Source: Eledone cirrhosa | Lineage: Eukaryota | Direction of reading: 5' to 3' | Length of the DNA: 60,206 nt | NCBI GenBank assembly: GCA_964016885.1 | Contig: CAXHJY010000100.1 | Span: forward strand, 1-60,206 | In this document: positions 54,895 through 60,206 of the stretch, in pieces | Position numbering within the stretch: the first letter of the stretch is position 1 | Layout of the letters: every line of letters starts with the position of its first letter | Notes under the pieces: generated by a model | The model's input: only the letters and a program-made list of their open reading frames with translations | What the model was told of the DNA's origin: nothing | Database searches by the model: none | Translations under genes and position numbers: made by a program

Positions 54895-55777
54895 GATTTA
54901 CGGAATACTTAAAGTGCCAAAACGCAGTCTGACGTGCTTAAAGTGCCAAAAGTGCCAAAACGCAGTCTGACGCCTGTGAAACATATCTTAATTCTACGGA
55001 ATACTTTAAGTGCCAAAACGCAGTCTGACGATTGTGAAACATATCTTAATTCTACGGAATACTTTAAGTGCCAAAACGCAGTCTGACGATTGTGAAACAT
55101 ATCTTAATTCTACGGAATACTTTAAGTGCCAAAACGCAGTCTGACGATTGTGAAACATATCTTAATTCTACGGAATACTTTAAGTGCCAAAACGCAGTCT
55201 GACGATTGTGAAACATATCTTAATTCTACGGAATACTTTAAGTGCCAAAACGCAGTCTGACGATTGTGAAACATATCTTAATTCTACGGAATACTTTAAG
55301 TGCCAAAACGCAGTCTGACGATTGTGAAACATATCTTAATTCTACGGAATACTTTAAGTGCCAAAACGCAGTCTGACGATTGCGAAACATATCTTAATTC
55401 TACGGAATACTTTAAGTGCCAAAACGCAGTCTGACGATTGTGAAACATATCTTAATTTTATGGAATACTTTAAGTGCCAAAACGCAGTCTGACGATTGTG
55501 AAACATATCTTAATTTTATGGAATACTTTAAGTGCCAAAACGCAGTCTGACGATTGCGAAACATATCTTAATTCTACGGAATACTTTAAGTGCCAAAACG
55601 CAGTCTGACGATTGTGAAACATATCTTAATTTTATGGAATACTTTAAGTGCCAAAACGCAGTCTGACGATTGTGAAACATATCTTAATTTTATGGAATAC
55701 TTTAAGTGCCAAAACGCAGTCTGACGATTGTGAAACATATCTTAATTCTACGGAATACTTTAAGTGCCAAAACGCAA
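54895..55777. repeat. 58-bp minisatellite, about 14-15 copies
   Basis: aatactttaagtgccaaaacgcagtctgacgattgtgaaacatatcttaattctacgg. Confidence 0.95.
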
Positions 55778-55926
55778 TGTCGTTCGCATGTAATACCACT
55801 CTCTCTCTCTCCTCCTCTCACTCTCTCTCTCCCCTCCTCTCTCGCTCTCTCTCTCTCCCTCTCTCTCTCTCGTTCACCGAATACTTTAAGTGTAATAACG
55901 CAATCGAACTGACATATAACGTCTCC

Positions 55927-55983
<57 letters not shown>

Positions 55984-56235
55984 ACCTCAAACACAAACAG
56001 ATTCTTTCTCTATCTATCTCGTTCATGGAATATTTGAAGCGCCATAACACAGTCTAACTCACAAGTAACGTCTCTCCCTCCCTCTCTGTCTTGACTCTCC
56101 TCGTCTCTCTCTTTCTCTCTCACTCCTTCAAGGAATACTTAAAGCTCAATAACGCAATCAAACTCGTAGCTAACGTCTCCTCTCCCTCTCTCTCATGCCT
56201 CTCCTCTCTCTCCCTCCCACTTTCTTTTTCATTCC

Positions 56236-57892
56236 TTCAACACGACCCGGCTTAACACACACCGGTTCAACACGACCCGGCTTAACACACACCGGTTCAA
56301 CACGACCCGGCTTAACACACACCGGTTCAACACGACCCGGCTTAACACACACCGGTTCAACACGACCCGGCCTAACACACACCGATTCAACACGACCCGG
56401 CTTAACACACACCGGTTCAACACGACCCGGCCTAACACACACCGATTCAACACGACCCGGCTTAACACACACCGGTTCAACACGACCCGGCTTAACACAC
56501 ACCGGTTCAACACGACCCGGCTTAACACACACCGGTTCAACACGACCCGGCTTAACACACACCGGTTCAACACGACCCGGCCTAACACACACCGATTCAA
56601 CACGACCCGGCTTAACACACACCGGTTCAACACGACCCGGCTTAACACACACCGGTTCAACACGACCCGGCCTAACACACACCGATTCAACACGACCCGG
56701 CTTAACACACACCGGTTCAACACGACCCGGCTTAACACACACCGGTTCAACACGACCCGGCCTAACACACACCGATTCAACACGACCCGGCTTAACACAC
56801 ACCGGTTCAACACGACCCGGCTTAACACACACCGGTTCAACACGACCCGGCTTAACACACACCGATTCAACACGACCCAGCTTAACACACACCGGTTCAA
56901 CACGACCCGGCTTAACACACACCGATTCAACACGACCCGGCTTAACACACACAGGTTCAACACGACCTGGCTTAACACACACCGATTCAACATGACCCAG
57001 CTTAACACACACAGGTTCAACACGACCCGGCTTAACACTCAACGGTTCAACACGACCCGGTTTAACACTCAACGGTTCAACACGACCCGGTTTAACACAC
57101 AGCGGTTCAACATGATCAGGTTTAACACACACCAGTTCAACACGACCCGGCTTAACACACACCGGTTCAACACGACCCGGCTTAACACACACAGGTTCAA
57201 CACGACCTGGCTTAACACACACCGATTCAACATGACCCAGCTTAACACACACAGGTTCAACACGACCCGGTTTAACACTCAACGGTTCAACACGACCCGG
57301 TTTAACCCTCAACGGTTCAACACGACCCGGTTTAACACACAGCGGTTCAACATGATCAGGTTTAACACACACCAGTTCAACACGACCCGGCTTAACACAC
57401 ACCGGTTCAACACGACCCGGCTTAACACACACAGGTTCAACACGACCTGGCTTAACACACACCGATTCAACATGACCCAGCTTAACACACACAGGTTCAA
57501 CACGACCCGGTTTAACACTCAACGGTTCAACACGACCCGGTTTAACACTCAACGGTTCAACACGACCCGGTTTAACACACAGCGGTTCAACATGATCAGG
57601 TTTAACACACACCAGTTCAACACGACCCGGCTTAACACACACCGGTTCAACACGACCTGGCTTAACACACACAGGTTCAACACGACCTGGCTTAACACAC
57701 ACCGATTCAACATGACCCAGCTTAACACACACAGGTTCAACACGACCCGGTTTAACACTCAACGGTTCAACACGACCCGGTTTAACACTCAACGGTTCAA
57801 CACGACCCGGTTTAACACACAGCGGTTCAACATGATCAGGTTTAACACACACCAGTTCAACACGACCCAGCTCAACACAACTCGATTCAACA
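56236..57892. repeat. 30-bp minisatellite (~55 copies) with a 240-bp (8-mer) higher-order repeat in the distal part
   Basis: Unit ttcaacacgacccggcttaacacacaccgg; marker catgatcagg at 57111, 57351, 57591 and 57831. Confidence 0.95.
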
Positions 57893-58164
57893 ACATTCTC
57901 TGATCACAGGCTGCTTTTAAAATGGGGTCATCCCGTCGCAAGCTTTTGTAGCAGAGAAAATAACAACTTTCTCGTGACCTTGTTTTTTGACCTTTGATGG
58001 CAGCAGCAGCATTATTGAATTAACCAGTGTTTCGTTCATTTGCAGTACCAGAGTGAATTAGCTGCCAATAAGTTTAGGTTTTTGGAAAGTCTATCTAATT
58101 AAGACGTTTCCCTTAATTAGATAACCGGGAAACTAATTTAATGTCGGTTGAAACCACAACGAAA

Positions 58165-58168
58165 GAAT

Positions 58169-58210
<42 letters not shown>

Positions 58211-58397
58211 AACAACAACAAGGATAAAAAGATTATATTATTATGACGCAGATTTCAAAACAACAGCAACAGACTCAACAACAACAACAACAACAACACC
58301 AACAACACCAACACCAACACCACCAACAGCGACAACAACAACAACACCAACACCACCACCACCACCACCAACACCACCAACAACGATAACAACAACA
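58165..58397. repeat. (CAA)n/(CAC)n repeats
   Basis: Direct inspection. Confidence 0.9.
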
Positions 58398-59252
58398 GTC
58401 GTCATCTACTCGAGTAAGAATCAACCTCAGTACTGTGTTCCGAAATGAAGATGGAGGCGATGGTTTCTACCAGGTTTAAAATGCCCAGGACAAGCCATAA
58501 GTAGTCAAGGGCGGGTCTTTTACCTTTATCTACTTCCTATCCAATCCATGGACTTGTTACTCTTGTTAGAATAATCGCTTCCTAGTTCACCTCCACTCCA
58601 TTCTGTTTGGTTTGGGGCATGTAAGGGGTGTAGCTATACTCACTAGGCTTGGTGAGGTCATTTAACTCATAGTTGGGGTGAATGGCCGTTGGCTCTGATG
58701 AGTTCATCTGCCCTTTTCACAGTTCTTGTATTTTTTATGCTGCTGGGCTTACACGTACCTTCCCCACCGGGCCTGTGTCTGGTAGGAGAGCCACTTTAGT
58801 TGCCGACCACTCGACCATGAAGCAGGTTCTACTAGGTTACATGGTACCAATAGCAGACAAAGTGCTGGCCTGACCAGACCTGGGTTTGGTAAAGGAGTTG
58901 GTTTTGCCGTCGACCACTCAACCAGGAAGCAGGTTGTACCGCGTTACATGATACAAAATAAGTCAGCAGCCATTTTTTTTTCTCAAAATTGATGAGTTTT
59001 AAATTGATCGGCCATGTTTCATGCTTAATCAATCACACTTGATCGAGAATATATATGATCAGAGGCGTTCGTGCATCTTCTCTTCTGGTATATAAGGGAT
59101 AACATTATATACGTAAATTAGCCTCACATTTCTATATCAGAAGTTAAAGTGTAATGTGAGATAACTTTACTATTTTACACAGACATATATACATTCATAG
59201 AAAAATACATATGCACAAAGTTACACACACACACACATATATATATATATAC

Positions 59253-59311
59253 TCTTTTACTCTTTTACCTGTTTCAGCCATCCGGCTGAGGCCATGCTGG
59301 GGAACCGCCCT
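59253..59311 (-). mobile_element. SINE/LINE 3'-tail fragment resembling a common octopus repeat end
   Basis: ctcttttactcttttacctgtttcagccatccggctgaggccatgctggggaaccgcc between (TA)n tracts; family match recalled from memory only. Confidence 0.45.
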
Positions 59312-59315
59312 TATA

Positions 59316-59399
<84 letters not shown>

Positions 59400-59414
59400 T
59401 ATATACATATACTG

Positions 59415-59450
<36 letters not shown>

Positions 59451-59453
59451 GTG

Positions 59454-59485
<32 letters not shown>

Positions 59486-59488
59486 TAC

Positions 59489-59525
<37 letters not shown>

Positions 59526-59528
59526 TAC

Positions 59529-59625
<97 letters not shown>

Positions 59626-59642
59626 TATATACATATACTGAA

Positions 59643-59673
<31 letters not shown>

Positions 59674-59696
59674 CGTATATATATATATATATACTG

Positions 59697-59727
<31 letters not shown>

Positions 59728-59729
59728 CG

Positions 59730-59788
<59 letters not shown>

Positions 59789-59868
59789 TGAAATATATAT
59801 ATATATATACGTATATATATATATATATATATACGTATATATATATATATATATACGTATATATATAC

Positions 59869-59952
<84 letters not shown>

Positions 59953-60206
59953 TGAATCATATATATACTGAAGCAAAGAGCATTCGCTCATATCCACATA
60001 AACACACCCACTGAGAGACACATAAACACATAGATACACATGCACACACACACACATATGCACACACATGCACACACACATAAACACATACACACACACA
60101 CACACATATACATACAGTGTTCACACACGCCGTCTATTTATAGACATATTTGATGTCAAAGAAAACATGAGAGAACATTACATCACATGAATAAATTATG
60201 TAGATT

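Noticed and set aside
54895-55777. CRISPR-like array, or tandem hammerheads (ctgacga-ttgt-gaaac in each unit)
   Set aside because: Units are contiguous with no unique spacers and no cas genes. The core-like words have no stem II and no matching stem I or III.
56170-57852. 560-aa CVKPGRVEP repeat protein
   Set aside because: A 30-bp tandem repeat open on both strands, with no unique termini or signal peptide.
57974-58000. Paired TGACCT nuclear-receptor half-sites and a TCF-like ctttgat
   Set aside because: Short motifs expected by chance, with no supporting context.

Overview
Very AT-rich, microsatellite-saturated animal genomic DNA with no recognisable host protein-coding exon. The SINE families resemble octopod cephalopod repeats (inference). 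Most ORFs in the supplied track are simple-repeat artefacts. Real coding remnants are all from mobile elements: (1) a near-intact R4/Dong-type non-LTR retrotransposon (RT + CCHC + restriction-like endonuclease) inserted in (TAA)n, 27121-30815; (2) a Penelope-like (PLE) GIY-YIG endonuclease ORF with no visible RT, 3434-4405, minus strand; (3) three RTE/RTE-X-like 3' fragments; (4) a CR1-type 3' end whose last 60 bp has expanded into a minisatellite; (5) L1/Tx1-like tails. There is also a non-autonomous Helitron, about 20 tRNA-derived SINEs of two families, and several minisatellites, two with higher-order periods. The most notable hidden signal is about 20 hammerhead-ribozyme motifs (CUGANGA...GAAA...NUH) from several unrelated sequence families. 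They sit in short islands between (TA)n tracts, often as fold-back inverted pairs, show compensatory stem changes between copies, and several have non-canonical cores. I interpret them as a dense population of mostly ORF-less, microsatellite-associated PLE pseudo-LTR/ribozyme modules. All folds were read by eye; none was computed or tested.
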